From: Escherichia phage vB_EcoM-ZQ3
Strand: one strand, 5' to 3'
Sequence record: MW630116.1
DNA: 64,000 nucleotides
Under the pieces are notes generated by a model that was not told where the DNA came from, made no database searches, and saw only the letters and a program-made list of their open reading frames with translations. Numbering within the stretch: position 1 is the stretch's first letter; the number at the start of each line of letters is the position of its first letter. Made by a program: the position numbers and the translations under genes. Below, in pieces: positions 49,019 through 59,789 of this stretch.

Positions 49019-51106
49019 ATGTCTGAACAATTAAATGAAGTGTTTGAATCTGAAGGCGGTCTTCCTGTCGTCAATTTGAACCCTAAAGCTAAAGTTCCAC
49101 AAGTCTGGAAAATTGGTGATATCGATACAAACATCGTAGTTCGCTTATTCTCTTATCTTTCTGAAGGCGATGCTGTAAAACAAGTTAAACTTGGCGACAA
49201 ATATGCTCATGTTGTTATTATGAGTCTGTCTGAAAAGGGTAATCTCGCTGAATTGAAAAATGGCCTTGGTCCTGCTCCTATTGATGCAATCAACACTATT
49301 TTCAATACAGTATATGAACAGGTTAAAGCTCTTCGTATGGATGCAGTTCTGTTCCGGTTCCCTACCAAGAAATTGAAAGGACGTGGACAGCAGCTTCAAA
49401 CTCTTCTTGCTCGTTTAGTTTCTACTAAAACCGGTGGTCGTTTTAAAGTATTGTCGGCAATGTATCAATTCACAGGTAAACACACCTATGTGATGATGGT
49501 TCGTAAAAATGCTAACATTGAAGATATTAAAGGCATCCCTAACATTAACACAGAGTTGTACACGAAAGTAGATTCTGATGTTGGCGAAGTTTATGTGAGT
49601 AAAAAGACTGGCGAAACGGTCACCAAAGAAACAGCTATCGCTGGTTCTATTGCTGCTGTAGAAGAAAAACGTAAAGATAAGCCTGTTATTGCTCGTACTA
49701 AAATTTCTCGTCGTGCTATTGCAGCAAGTCAATCTTTAGAAGCTGACCGTCAAGAAGGTGAGTTATTCCAGAAATACGAAAATTCTGCTAAAGAAGTTAG
49801 TGGCCCAGCTACAGCCGAATTACTTCCTGAAGCATATGAAATCGTACTAGCCCAAGCATCGTCCACAGCAAAAGGCACTTTAGTTGCTGATATCGAAAAT
49901 AAGATTTATAATCGTATTGATGAATCCTTTAAATTTGCCGATGAAGTTTCTTATGGTAGTGTTATTAAGCCAACTTTAGAAAAGTTTGCTAAGAAAATTA
50001 AAACTGAAAAAACAACATCTGTTAAAGCATTAGCTGCTTTTGTTGAAGCTGCAAATGAAATTGCAGACTCTATTAAAGACGAATGGTTTGAAGATTTTAG
50101 ACGTGATAATTTCCAACTGCCCGACGACGTTTTAGCTGAAGTATCTGAAAGAACTTGGAAACAACGTAAATCAGCGTTCTTGTCTAATGTGATGTATACT
50201 TATGCACGGGAATCGGCTAGAGGCACCTTTAATATAACAATGAATCGGGACCCTAAACAATACTCTGTTGCTGAAAAACGAGCTATTCGTGAATATGCCT
50301 CTTCTGCGTATATCGATATCAATAATATGTTGTTAGGTCGTTATAAACCAGATTTTTACGATGTTGCAGATGAAGATGAAGTTAAACGCGCTATTGATGG
50401 TCTTGATTCGGCGTTTTTAAATGGAGACCGTTTACCTGAAGGACTAACGTTATATAGAGCTCAGTCTATCAGAATGCCTATTTACGAAGCAATGGTTAAA
50501 AATAAGGTATTCTACTTCAGAAACTATGTTTCCACTTCACTAGCTCCTATTATTTTCGGCGGGTTTAAAGAGAACGTTGCCCTTGGACTTGCTCCTGAAG
50601 AAGTTCGCAAAGAGCTTAACATTGATAATAATGACGAAGGTGTTACTATTTCTCCTAGTCAAGTAAGAACAGCTATGCATGCACCAGACCAAATCCGTGT
50701 TAACGTTGGATGGGCTATTGATGGCGCCCATAAAGTTAACGTGATTTATCCTGGACAGTTGAGTAATCACCCTAATGAGCAAGAAATTATTTTGCCTAGA
50801 GGCATTCTCTTGCAGATAAATAAAATTACAGATGCGTCATCTGACACTGGTGCAGGTTTAGAATCCAACCTTAAATTTATTCAAGCTGAAGTCATGTCCT
50901 CGGACCAGTTGGACGAAGCTGTCATTTACGACGGTGATGTTCTCATGGAAACAGGTGAGGTGGTTGCTATGACGGGTGAAATCGAATCAGATGAGCCGAT
51001 ATCGTTCTCCTCATTTGTAGAAAAAACTAGTGCTCCTAAAGGATTGAAATTGTTAGCATCTTTAATGGATTTAGAATCAGTTCCGTTTAAATTTGTCCAA
51101 GGATAG
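49019..51106 (+). CDS. alt: Alt ADP-ribosyltransferase (virion-packaged)
   Basis: 695-aa ORF (T4 Alt 682 aa); C-terminal region carries ADP-ribosyltransferase R-S-E triad candidates (YTYARESARG, NYVSTSLAP, EQEIILPRG); adjacent to ligase as in T4. Confidence 0.85.
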   Translation: MSEQLNEVFESEGGLPVVNLNPKAKVPQVWKIGDIDTNIVVRLFSYLSEGDAVKQVKLGDKYAHVVIMSLSEKGNLAELKNGLGPAPIDAINTIFNTVYEQVKALRMDAVLFRFPTKKLKGRGQQLQTLLARLVSTKTGGRFKVLSAMYQFTGKHTYVMMVRKNANIEDIKGIPNINTELYTKVDSDVGEVYVSKKTGETVTKETAIAGSIAAVEEKRKDKPVIARTKISRRAIAASQSLEADRQEGELFQKYENSAKEVSGPATAELLPEAYEIVLAQASSTAKGTLVADIENKIYNRIDESFKFADEVSYGSVIKPTLEKFAKKIKTEKTTSVKALAAFVEAANEIADSIKDEWFEDFRRDNFQLPDDVLAEVSERTWKQRKSAFLSNVMYTYARESARGTFNITMNRDPKQYSVAEKRAIREYASSAYIDINNMLLGRYKPDFYDVADEDEVKRAIDGLDSAFLNGDRLPEGLTLYRAQSIRMPIYEAMVKNKVFYFRNYVSTSLAPIIFGGFKENVALGLAPEEVRKELNIDNNDEGVTISPSQVRTAMHAPDQIRVNVGWAIDGAHKVNVIYPGQLSNHPNEQEIILPRGILLQINKITDASSDTGAGLESNLKFIQAEVMSSDQLDEAVIYDGDVLMETGEVVAMTGEIESDEPISFSSFVEKTSAPKGLKLLASLMDLESVPFKFVQG

Positions 51107-51164
51107 TTTACAAACACATGGATGTGTGATACTATCATCCCATCAACAACATGAGGAAAACGTT
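51106..51164 (+). promoter_or_regulatory. early promoter cassette with dyad (ggatg / catcc) and caacaacatgaggaaa RBS module
   Basis: gtttacaaacacatggatgtgtgatactatcatcccatcaacaacatgaggaaaacgttATG. Confidence 0.55.
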
Positions 51165-51458
51165 ATGAAATCTATGCTTCGCTTTAATGGTCAAGAACTA
51201 GTAGTTGAAGATGTTATCCCAGCGGATGATGCTTTTAACGAAGCTGTGATTGACGAATTGAATCGAGTATTCCCAGGTGCATTCCATATTGCTATGGAAC
51301 CTCTTAAAAACTTTCGTGACCCTGAACACACCGATCAAATTTTTGTCGGTGTAGTGACGGGTCATTTAGAAACAGAGGTACCAATGGTCGTATTAGTTAA
51401 ATACTCTAAAGATGATACTCCATTCCGAGCACCAGCATTCCTTTCATTCCGTAAATAA
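51165..51458 (+). CDS. hypothetical protein (97 aa)
   Basis: ATG 51165 inside ORF-track entry 51093..51458, downstream of the promoter cassette. Confidence 0.5.
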   Translation: MKSMLRFNGQELVVEDVIPADDAFNEAVIDELNRVFPGAFHIAMEPLKNFRDPEHTDQIFVGVVTGHLETEVPMVVLVKYSKDDTPFRAPAFLSFRK

Positions 51459-51467
51459 ACCCCTAAA

Positions 51468-51484
51468 GGGAGACAACGTCTCCC
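51468..51484. terminator. bidirectional hairpin (gggagac-aac-gtctccc) between convergent genes
   Basis: 7-bp stem; T-run ttttt follows on the plus strand; lies between the plus ORF ending 51458 and minus gene 54 ending 51492. Confidence 0.6.
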
Positions 51485-51491
51485 TTTTTCT

Positions 51492-52454
51492 TTATAGTCC
51501 TAAAACTCTTGACGCAGAATTCACCACACCTGTCAATGTGTTTATATTAGACACACCTCCAGCAGTCCCACCTAATCTAGAAAGTCTTGATACTGCACTT
51601 CCTAGACCAGAATCATTCTGATTATTTCCAAACATTCCTGAAACACTACTAATAAGTCCTGATTCCAGCCATTCTAAAGCAGCCTGTCTATTTACAGCAC
51701 CTGATTGCATAACGCGATAAGCAAATGTTACATCAAAAACTGTTATCTGATTATCACCATCATATGTTAACTCAGGAGAAGAGACACTAACAGGAATACA
51801 TCCGGTGAACATGACAGCGGTATGTGGTAAGCCATTTCGTGCGTGTAAATTAACCTGAATATCTGCTTCGACGTCTTGTGGTAAAGCACGAAGACCTGTT
51901 ACAGGGTCTTGGACTGAGTTTACCCAGTCTTGCATTGCTCTAAAGTTAGATGCTTCGGAATCCATTCTAAAGCTTATTACTAACGGGTCCATTTCACGGC
52001 CGGTAATTCGGATGTTCGGGGAGTTATAGTTGAAATCCGTTTCATAAGATAATCGGTTCTCAGGCATTTTTACAGAATAAATCATTAAACCTGTATTATT
52101 ATATGCCATATTGAAGAAGTCTATCAAATAAGCTCCTACTGTGAACTCGCCTAACAAGCTTTGTACCGTACGTTGACTCATTGCTCCAATCAGATATTTA
52201 CTTACACCTGATTTTCGAATTAATTTCTGTGTCCCTGCTGTAATCAGGGTTGTTACGCCCTGATTGATATCACCTTGAGTCAATCCTAGCCAATCGGAAT
52301 CCAACCCTAAGTTATTATAAGCAAAACTACCAATTGACGAAATTAGTGAAGACGATTTGGTTGATGGTGTAGTAGCAAATACACAACTAAACATATTGTT
52401 TCGTTGGAAATCTGCATTTATAGCTTGGTTATTAAATTCTTCTAAAGAGTACAT
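51492..52454 (-). CDS. 54: gp54 baseplate tail-tube initiator
   Basis: 320-aa ORF (T4 gp54 320 aa); order 51-27-28-29-48-54 on the minus strand matches T4. Confidence 0.8.
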   Translation of the reverse strand: MYSLEEFNNQAINADFQRNNMFSCVFATTPSTKSSSLISSIGSFAYNNLGLDSDWLGLTQGDINQGVTTLITAGTQKLIRKSGVSKYLIGAMSQRTVQSLLGEFTVGAYLIDFFNMAYNNTGLMIYSVKMPENRLSYETDFNYNSPNIRITGREMDPLVISFRMDSEASNFRAMQDWVNSVQDPVTGLRALPQDVEADIQVNLHARNGLPHTAVMFTGCIPVSVSSPELTYDGDNQITVFDVTFAYRVMQSGAVNRQAALEWLESGLISSVSGMFGNNQNDSGLGSAVSRLSRLGGTAGGVSNINTLTGVVNSASRVLGL

Positions 52455-53563
52455 TAGAAAGTCCCCGCATAAAGTGAAGAACGGTTTAATGTAATAATTT
52501 CTCGCATTGTTATCTCTAACGTAAATGTTGACGGTAAGTTAGGAGCAATAGCGAGACCATTAAATTGACCATTTGGAGTTTTATCAAAACGTACGCTTTG
52601 AATTTGACATGGGCCAAATACGTCAGTTAATCCATCAAATTTAGACGTATAACCAAAGTTTTTAACCATCCAAATTGTAGGGTTGCTTACAACTAATACA
52701 TTTGTTAATGACGCAGTAATCTTTTCAAACAATGTCTTATTTTTTACTGCATCATCAGGCGTCATAGGCTCAATAAACGTTGAACGGTACCATTCGTCTA
52801 AATAACTTTTAATCTCTTGGGCGTACTGTGATTTACCGGTCTCACCATATGAGAAATAGTTAAAATACTGGTAAATGTTTATAATAGCCATAAGGTCTTC
52901 GGTTGAACGTGGAGTTAAATCCCATGTAAAGACTTTAGTACGGTTCTCAGCACCGCCATACATACTACGAGAAGTCGTATAAATCTGTTCGTTATTATCA
53001 GCCATAAGCCCTTGAGTAATAGAATCTAATGCACCAAAAACTGCAGTAGAAGCAATGTTACTTAAAACACCTGTAGCAGTACCTCCACCTTTAGTAATAA
53101 GACTATCACCGATATCATTAAAACGATGTGAAGTTGTATCAACGTCAGATTTGGAACGTGGCAAAAGTATATTAGCAACAGGAGTTTTGTTTATAGTAGG
53201 TTTATTAGCTCCGGCAGGAAGCAACCCATTAGAGAATTTAGTCACTGCATCTTTCACATTATCAGTTAAATCTGATATGATACCATTAGATGAAGTGCCG
53301 GCGTACGCCGGACGTAAATTCCTGAGGGATCCTGAATCGCGTGCAGACATATTGTACGCGGTAAATAATAATCCATTCTTATAAAGGTCCGTTACCTGGA
53401 AGTCTCCTGCGGAGTCATTTCCGGCTGCTCTTCCTGTAGGAAATTGAGCAACATAAGTTTTAGTAGTTGTTTCGGTTTTAGTGCTTTGCCCAGCACTTTC
53501 TGAGACTGGGATTGCTTTATTTAAATCCTTTGCATCTACTACTATTTCTTTTACACTAATCAT
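52454..53563 (-). CDS. 48: gp48 baseplate tail-tube cap
   Basis: 369-aa ORF (T4 gp48 364 aa); synteny. Confidence 0.8.
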   Translation of the reverse strand: MISVKEIVVDAKDLNKAIPVSESAGQSTKTETTTKTYVAQFPTGRAAGNDSAGDFQVTDLYKNGLLFTAYNMSARDSGSLRNLRPAYAGTSSNGIISDLTDNVKDAVTKFSNGLLPAGANKPTINKTPVANILLPRSKSDVDTTSHRFNDIGDSLITKGGGTATGVLSNIASTAVFGALDSITQGLMADNNEQIYTTSRSMYGGAENRTKVFTWDLTPRSTEDLMAIINIYQYFNYFSYGETGKSQYAQEIKSYLDEWYRSTFIEPMTPDDAVKNKTLFEKITASLTNVLVVSNPTIWMVKNFGYTSKFDGLTDVFGPCQIQSVRFDKTPNGQFNGLAIAPNLPSTFTLEITMREIITLNRSSLYAGTF

Positions 53564-53571
53564 AATAATCC

Positions 53572-55344
53572 TTAATTAACACCGGTGGCATGGAAAATTC
53601 CAGGAGCCGTTGTACTTGTTACAGGGGTCATATTCTGGACTACGGTATTCTTTTTGACGACATTATTTGTGTTACTAATCGCCGCTACCGGTTGTTGCTG
53701 TTTAGATTCAGAAGCACGTCCTTTCTCTATTGACTGAACTTGTTTTGCTTCAGGAGATTTAGTCGAAGATTCAGGCTTAACTGTTGTCTGAGCCTTTTTG
53801 GCTTCAGCCATTTTATTATTTAGCTTTTCAAATCTAGCATCTAATTCCTTTTTAACAACAGGAGTTTTATTAAGTTCAGGGTCTTTAATAAGTTTACTTA
53901 AATCGGCATAAGACTTCTCGACGTTTTTAGCATTTTCCGGATTAGACATATCGATTTTATCGATATAATCCTCAAATCTAACTAGTGCCGCACGAGTTTC
54001 ATTAGCTTTTATATACGCCTCTTTACGCTCCTCTTCAGGTAACTCTTTTAATTTTGCCGATTCCGCAGCACGCTCATCGCTTGTACTAAACTCTTCTTTA
54101 TTGTCATTACCACGAACCCAGTTAGTAACGAATGTTTTGCCGCGTTGTAACATATCAAGACCTTTAGAAACGGTTCCTAATTCCCCATCGTCACGCTTCA
54201 TTTGATATTTAGCGACTTTCTCTTGGTCTTCTTTCTTTAATTTGTTCCCAGTAGTTTCTTGGAATCCTTCCAAAGCACGTCCTTCTATTTCGTCCGCGGT
54301 ATCGCCAAAACCTATAGCACGCAATATAGACGCAGAGAGTTTAGCCATTCCTAATTGAATTAGTTCACCTAAGTTCATTAATGCTGTTCCTACACCTTTG
54401 ACAATAGCAACGGTTAAACCACCCCAGTCTCCAGCTTCCCACAATTGTTTTATAGAGTCAATAGAAGTGAATATATCACTTAAGAATTTACCCCACTCTT
54501 TAGCTTCATCGGAGAATTTAGTAAAGTTTTCATCAAATAAATCCCAGGCAGAAGTGAACTTGTCTGTCCAATATTTGAAATGGACTATCAATAAATCAAT
54601 ACCGATAACAATACCAAGAATAAGTGCGGCCATTTTTGCTGCTTCAATAGCAGCCGTTATAGTGTATTTGAAAAGCATTCCAGCAATTCTGTCCGAAATT
54701 GATATTGATTTATTAAACCCGGCTTGAACTGTTTTGGTGAGCATTGCAATTTTATCGCTCAATTTAAAGCTAATCCCGCCTTTAGAATCGGAAGTAGAAT
54801 TAGCACTTTCTTGAACCGGGGCTGGGAAGAAATCTTCGTCTGGCTTATTATCAATCTTTTCAGGTGTAGGTAATGCTTTAAACAGCTCATCATAAGTTTC
54901 ATTCTCAACCACTTTAACAGGTATTGCGTTCTCAATTACTTCAAGAGAGGTGCCTCCTGTATTTTGAATAGCGGTAGATGTTTGTAATTTTTGCTCTAAT
55001 AATGTAGCTAATCGGTCTAACTTGGAGCTTATTGCACTAGAAACTTCGTTTATACTTTTAGTGACTTCAGTTTGTTTTTCAATAACTTCTGCGATAAGCT
55101 CTGTGCCTTCAGCAGTATTATCTGTCGAATTCTTTAAGTCTCCAATTGATTCAATAATTCCATTGCCTTTATCTTCTACACTTTGTGATGTGAGTTCAGA
55201 CGCGGCTTGGACATCGTCTAGTTTTGATGAAATGTTATTCAATGCTTCTAATGAATCGGTAGCTGCATCAGCAGCTACTTTTTGTGGTTTATTATCGGCA
55301 ATGACCTTATTTCTACGCATGGATTTCATTTCTTCAGGTTTCAT
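53572..55344 (-). CDS. 29: gp29 tail length tape-measure / baseplate hub protein
   Basis: 590-aa ORF (T4 gp29 590 aa); synteny. Confidence 0.82.
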   Translation of the reverse strand: MKPEEMKSMRRNKVIADNKPQKVAADAATDSLEALNNISSKLDDVQAASELTSQSVEDKGNGIIESIGDLKNSTDNTAEGTELIAEVIEKQTEVTKSINEVSSAISSKLDRLATLLEQKLQTSTAIQNTGGTSLEVIENAIPVKVVENETYDELFKALPTPEKIDNKPDEDFFPAPVQESANSTSDSKGGISFKLSDKIAMLTKTVQAGFNKSISISDRIAGMLFKYTITAAIEAAKMAALILGIVIGIDLLIVHFKYWTDKFTSAWDLFDENFTKFSDEAKEWGKFLSDIFTSIDSIKQLWEAGDWGGLTVAIVKGVGTALMNLGELIQLGMAKLSASILRAIGFGDTADEIEGRALEGFQETTGNKLKKEDQEKVAKYQMKRDDGELGTVSKGLDMLQRGKTFVTNWVRGNDNKEEFSTSDERAAESAKLKELPEEERKEAYIKANETRAALVRFEDYIDKIDMSNPENAKNVEKSYADLSKLIKDPELNKTPVVKKELDARFEKLNNKMAEAKKAQTTVKPESSTKSPEAKQVQSIEKGRASESKQQQPVAAISNTNNVVKKNTVVQNMTPVTSTTAPGIFHATGVN

Positions 55345-55874
55345 TCAAGCAATCCAATAATTTCTGCTATACCCTTAATAGGGCCATTAGGGCCTGGAAT
55401 AGCAATAGTTGTCGAAAGGTCTTCTGCCCATTTGATTACAAAAGCAGGCATCTCAAGGAAAGAAATTTCTTTCTCTTCGTCATTAACTTTTATTAAGCAA
55501 TTTGATAGCATTTCACTGATTGTAGCGAATTGTTCAAATTTGCCTGGGGGTCTAAAATAAAAAGTATTACCTTGAAATTGGAATTCTGTTCGTTGGCATA
55601 CATAGACGTCATCTAGTTTATAAGTGAATCCATCTTTTTCAACTTCAGACTTAAGTTTGTTATTAAATTCCAATATGTGTAGACATGCAAAATCAAAATC
55701 TGCTGGACTCATATTTTTACAAATAGAATCAGCTAAGATTTTCATGTTTTCGTCAGGGCCTTTAACGTCCTTTAAAAGATTATAATGTTTGAGCCCTAAT
55801 TTGGGAATCATTACCTTTTTATTAGACTGTGGTAGAATTATTTTCTTTAGAGGTAGAATCAGATTTAAGTTCAT
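55341..55874 (-). CDS. 28: gp28 baseplate hub distal subunit
   Basis: 177-aa ORF (T4 gp28 177 aa); synteny. Confidence 0.78.
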   Translation of the reverse strand: MNLNLILPLKKIILPQSNKKVMIPKLGLKHYNLLKDVKGPDENMKILADSICKNMSPADFDFACLHILEFNNKLKSEVEKDGFTYKLDDVYVCQRTEFQFQGNTFYFRPPGKFEQFATISEMLSNCLIKVNDEEKEISFLEMPAFVIKWAEDLSTTIAIPGPNGPIKGIAEIIGLLE

Positions 55875-56994
55875 TTTTAACCTTAACTGGGTTAACAGGT
55901 TCTAACACCATTGAGTTGGTAAACATGTACAGATGAGTTTGTGAGTTGTTATTTGATAACTCATGAATAACTTCATCCACGTAAAATTCGGATTTGAATT
56001 GGTTCTTTTGGTCAACAAATATAATTTTAGTAGCAGGCGTTATGTTAAAATTACCTGTAGTAGTGCATTTAGCATATCCGTCGTATTGAGCCATTGTCTG
56101 AAGACGACTTGCTTCTTCAAATCCATTACGATAGGTCATTTCAGAATATCCACCTGATCTTGACACAAGAATAGCATTATCACCATCACCTGTAACAATA
56201 ACCGGAATAGATGTATCTAAAAATGAATGAGCGAATATCGTGGCGTTTTTAATAGGGTCTCTTGTAAATTGGTTAGCTTTAGTCATCCAGGTGAAATCCC
56301 ATACTAATGGATACTCAAGCTCTTGAATATACTGACCTACAGTATTTGGCTCGCCTACAACCATCTTAATGCCTTCCTGACCAATAAGAGTATCATAGTC
56401 AATCATGTTTACGCCTAAAATATCTTGCCATACGAATACGAACTTATCACTCGCTGTAGCAAGTCCTAATTCTCTGACATATGCCAAATAATCATCAAAT
56501 GTGCTTGTCCAAGGAATATCAGGAACATAAGCATTAATAGTGTTTATTGGCGGAGTAATTAACGTACGGTCTTTATATATGACACCTAACATTTCACGTA
56601 TAGATTCTCCTGCGTCTGAGAAGAATGGTCGCCCAAATTTAAGGTTCTCTATAGAATGTATTGTTCCAAGCTCAATTGCAATAATATTGTCACCTTTTGA
56701 GTCCACAGACACAGAATAATGTCTACATCCGTAAATTCGAGTTCTAACTTGGAGAGGTGTGTTTGAATTTGAAACAGAGATTTGGACTATCTGTCTACCA
56801 TCCATTTTAGTGTGGATGTTTTTAGTGTCATAAAATTGAAGAATCCCTTCATTTCTTCCATATAGCGAATCTCGCATGGTTAAAGTTGTTATTGTTGCTG
56901 CGAGTTCAACATATCTATTTTCTTGCCAAGCCGAATAATCTTGATATAATTTAACGCTTAAGTTAGGATATCCTGGACGTTGGAATACTGTCAT
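55822..56994 (-). CDS. 27: gp27 baseplate hub subunit
   Basis: 390-aa ORF (T4 gp27 391 aa); synteny. Confidence 0.82.
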   Translation of the reverse strand: MTVFQRPGYPNLSVKLYQDYSAWQENRYVELAATITTLTMRDSLYGRNEGILQFYDTKNIHTKMDGRQIVQISVSNSNTPLQVRTRIYGCRHYSVSVDSKGDNIIAIELGTIHSIENLKFGRPFFSDAGESIREMLGVIYKDRTLITPPINTINAYVPDIPWTSTFDDYLAYVRELGLATASDKFVFVWQDILGVNMIDYDTLIGQEGIKMVVGEPNTVGQYIQELEYPLVWDFTWMTKANQFTRDPIKNATIFAHSFLDTSIPVIVTGDGDNAILVSRSGGYSEMTYRNGFEEASRLQTMAQYDGYAKCTTTGNFNITPATKIIFVDQKNQFKSEFYVDEVIHELSNNNSQTHLYMFTNSMVLEPVNPVKVKNELKSDSTSKENNSTTV

Positions 56995-57743
56995 TTTTTA
57001 TGGTCCTTTTCTACTAATGTTAAAGCAATACCACGTTCAACAGGAATCATTTGCATAATAGAATCCAATGTGTATTGACTCTTTACTAGTGAATGGTTTA
57101 TCTGATAGAATGTAAAAATCTCATCAGGGTTAACTAACAATTTAAAAACCTCTAAGATATCAGTATATGTTTTAACATGACGTTCACAACAACCTAATCT
57201 AAGGGCCAAATTAATAGGGTTCATAGAAGCAATAACCTTCTCGAGCGAGTCAATGTCTATTGCTTCTATTACTTGGATTTGGTTCTCTTCAGTCAAATCA
57301 TTCCATGGGTACCATTCATCATTATAATATATTTCTTTTATGTTTTCGCTTATCATTAATGCTTTATTGTCATAAAACTTTTCAGGGAAAGAAAAACGTA
57401 TTTTTATACCAGCAACATCAAGTTCAGGTTCGACTAGTTCTTTTTGATATATCTCAAATGGTGCAGTTTTTTCTTTAGAGCATTTAGGGCAAGTGAAAAT
57501 AACGGGAACTTTTGTTTTGCCTATAGAGCCTGCAAAAACTTGCAGGAATATAAATGGTTGCCATGTTTTAGGGTACTCGCCAAAATAATCATCAATCAGA
57601 TCGGCAATTATTTCTTTTTGTTCTTGCGGCGAACGATGTTCGATATCATTTCTAACTAGTAAAAAGTCTCTATAATCCGCCACAGTGAACGGCTTAAAAC
57701 GATGAACACCATCCGGTAATTTACAACGAATTATATTAGCCAT
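56991..57743 (-). CDS. 51: gp51 baseplate hub assembly catalyst
   Basis: 250-aa ORF (T4 gp51 249 aa); divergent from gene 26. Confidence 0.78.
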   Translation of the reverse strand: MANIIRCKLPDGVHRFKPFTVADYRDFLLVRNDIEHRSPQEQKEIIADLIDDYFGEYPKTWQPFIFLQVFAGSIGKTKVPVIFTCPKCSKEKTAPFEIYQKELVEPELDVAGIKIRFSFPEKFYDNKALMISENIKEIYYNDEWYPWNDLTEENQIQVIEAIDIDSLEKVIASMNPINLALRLGCCERHVKTYTDILEVFKLLVNPDEIFTFYQINHSLVKSQYTLDSIMQMIPVERGIALTLVEKDHKK

Positions 57744-57760
57744 AATTACTCCTTTTCTAT

Positions 57761-57772
57761 TATTTATAAATA
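57761..57772. promoter_or_regulatory. bidirectional late promoter (TATAAATA on both strands) between genes 51 and 26
   Basis: tatttataaata: plus-strand TATAAATA at 57765-57772 (gene 26), minus-strand TATAAATA from plus tatttata at 57761-57768 (gene 51). Confidence 0.65.
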
Positions 57773-57790
57773 CACAATAAAGGAGTTAAC

Positions 57791-58417
57791 ATGTACAAAT
57801 ATACGTTTACCGTACGTTTAGGCGATAAAGAAGTGAATTGTAGAGCCTTTACTTTAAAAGAATATTTAGGACTCATAGGTGCGCGGGCTACCGGTACTAT
57901 TGAATCAGCAGTGAACAATATTATCACTAATTGCTCTAACGCTAAAAACTTGACTAAACAAGAAGCCGAGTTATTGTTGGTAAATCTGTGGGCACATTCA
58001 TTAGGTGAAGTGAATCAAGAACACACCTGGAATTGTTCCTGTGGGCATTCATTTCAAGTCTATATGAATTTATTGCACACTCAATTAGATGAACAGGCCG
58101 ATCCCTGGTATTCGTTCAGCGGTATTAAAATTAAGTTCCGTCAACCTAAATTATTTGACGATAAAAATATCGCATTAATGATTGCTTCATGTATTGAGGC
58201 CGTTTTTGTCAATGGAGAGTCCATCCCTGTTGAAGATTTAACTGAAGCAGAAATAAACGACCTTTACGGCCTTATAACAGAAGATGACATGATCAATATT
58301 AAAAATCTTTTAGTATCGCCATCAATTTATCTGGCAACCCCTATTAAATGTCCCAAATGTGGGGCGTCACACGTTCACACAATACGAGGCCTCAAAGAAT
58401 TCTTTGAGTTACTATAA
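57791..58417 (+). CDS. 26: gp26 baseplate hub subunit
   Basis: 208-aa ORF (T4 gp26 208 aa); synteny. Confidence 0.8.
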   Translation: MYKYTFTVRLGDKEVNCRAFTLKEYLGLIGARATGTIESAVNNIITNCSNAKNLTKQEAELLLVNLWAHSLGEVNQEHTWNCSCGHSFQVYMNLLHTQLDEQADPWYSFSGIKIKFRQPKLFDDKNIALMIASCIEAVFVNGESIPVEDLTEAEINDLYGLITEDDMINIKNLLVSPSIYLATPIKCPKCGASHVHTIRGLKEFFELL

Positions 58418-58815
58418 TGTCTAATATCAATAAACTTTATTCAGATATCGACCCAGAAATGCGTATGGATTGGAACAAGGACGTTGCTCGTTCTGTAGGA
58501 CTTCGTTCTATTAAAAATAGTCTTCTTGGCATAGTGACAACTAGAAAAGGCTCACGCCCCTTCGACCCTGAATTTGGATGCGATTTGGTCGACGAACTTT
58601 TCGAGAACATGACACCACTTACAGCCGATACGATTGAGCGTAATATCCAGGCAGCTGTTCGTAACTATGAGCCACGCATCGACAAACTTTCTGTAAGTGT
58701 AACGCCAGTATATGATGACTATACGGTTATAGTAGAGATTAGATTTTCGGTCGTAGATAACCCTGACGATATTGAACAAATTAAACTTCAGTTAGCGTCA
58801 AGCAATAGAGTGTAA
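58417..58815 (+). CDS. 25: gp25 baseplate wedge subunit
   Basis: 132-aa ORF (T4 gp25 132 aa); start overlaps gene 26 stop. Confidence 0.82.
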   Translation: MSNINKLYSDIDPEMRMDWNKDVARSVGLRSIKNSLLGIVTTRKGSRPFDPEFGCDLVDELFENMTPLTADTIERNIQAAVRNYEPRIDKLSVSVTPVYDDYTVIVEIRFSVVDNPDDIEQIKLQLASSNRV

Positions 58816-58895
58816 TGCTTCAAGGCAACCTATGTATAATGGTTTTAGGTCCTTCCGATACAGCCGGGAGATTATTAGTTAAAAGAGAGAACATT

Positions 58896-59309
58896 ATGAA
58901 GCTGGAAGATTTACAGGAAGAGTTAGACGCAGACTTAGCTATTGATATGACAAAGTTGCAATATGAGACAGCGAATAATGTTAAGTTATACAGCAAATGG
59001 CTACGTAAGCACTCATTTATTCGTAAAGAAATGTTGCGTATAGAGACTCAGAAGAAAACTGCTCTAAAAGCAAGATTAGACTACTACTCGGGACGAGGTG
59101 ACGGTGATGAATTCAGTATGGACCGATACGAGAAATCTGAAATGAAAACTGTCCTGGCTGCAGATAAAGATGTGCTTAAAATAGAGACTACTTTACAATA
59201 CTGGGGAATTTTACTTGAGTTCTGTAGTGGTGCACTTGACGCAGTTAAGTCTCGTAGTTTTGCACTTAAACATATCCAGGATATGCGAGAATTTGAAGCG
59301 GGGCAATAA
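58896..59309 (+). CDS. uvsY: UvsY recombination mediator
   Basis: ATG 58896 inside ORF-track entry 58815..59309 gives 137 aa MKLEDLQEELDADLAIDMTKLQYETANNVKLYSKWLRKHSFIRKEMLRIETQKK...; matches T4 UvsY (137 aa) as I recall it. Confidence 0.9.
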   Translation: MKLEDLQEELDADLAIDMTKLQYETANNVKLYSKWLRKHSFIRKEMLRIETQKKTALKARLDYYSGRGDGDEFSMDRYEKSEMKTVLAADKDVLKIETTLQYWGILLEFCSGALDAVKSRSFALKHIQDMREFEAGQ

Positions 59310-59533
59310 TGCGTTATTCAATTGAAGATGCCTTTAATAATGATGAAGAATTTGAAACTGAAATTAAATTCTTAATGGAAAAGTATCGTCTGCGTCGCCA
59401 GGATATTCGTATTCTGGCAGACCACCCTTGTGGCGAAGACGTCCTTTATATTAAAGGGAAGTTTGCCGGGTACATCGATGAGTATTTTTATACAAAAGAT
59501 ATGGGTATCGATATGTGCATGCGAGTGGTATAA
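59309..59533 (+). CDS. hypothetical protein (74 aa), uvsY.-1-like position
   Basis: ORF track; start overlaps uvsY stop. Confidence 0.5.
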   Translation: MRYSIEDAFNNDEEFETEIKFLMEKYRLRRQDIRILADHPCGEDVLYIKGKFAGYIDEYFYTKDMGIDMCMRVV

Positions 59534-59536
59534 ATA
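59529..59536 (+). promoter_or_regulatory. late promoter TATAAATA
   Basis: gtggtataaatagat, about 30 nt upstream of the ORF at 59566. Confidence 0.55.
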
Positions 59537-59565
59537 GATATGTAATTTCAACTTAGGAGGCAATC

Positions 59566-59733
59566 ATGTCAGATAAGATTTGTGTTGTCTGTAAAACTCC
59601 AATCGATTCTGCATTGGTTGTTGAAACAGACAAAGGACCAGCACATCCTGGCCCTTGTTATAATTATGTCCAACAAATGCCGGTTTCAGAAAGTTCAGAA
59701 GAGCAATTGAACGAAACCCAACTTTTACTATAG
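59566..59733 (+). CDS. small cysteine-rich protein (55 aa), possible zinc ribbon
   Basis: ATG 59566 with aggagg RBS; MSDKICVVCKTPIDSALVVETDKGPAHPGPCYNYV...; under the ORF-track cutoff. Confidence 0.45.
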   Translation: MSDKICVVCKTPIDSALVVETDKGPAHPGPCYNYVQQMPVSESSEEQLNETQLLL

Positions 59734-59756
59734 TGTTACCTTTTTGCCTATGGTTT

Positions 59757-59787
59757 TGGCCCTTCCAAAAAGGTCGGGCCTTTTTTT
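59757..59787. terminator. hairpin (ggccc ... gggcc) followed by T7 between convergent transcripts
   Basis: ggcccttccaaaaaggtcgggcc then ttttttt; lies between the plus ORF ending 59733 and minus ORF ending 59790. Confidence 0.6.
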
Positions 59788-59789
59788 AA

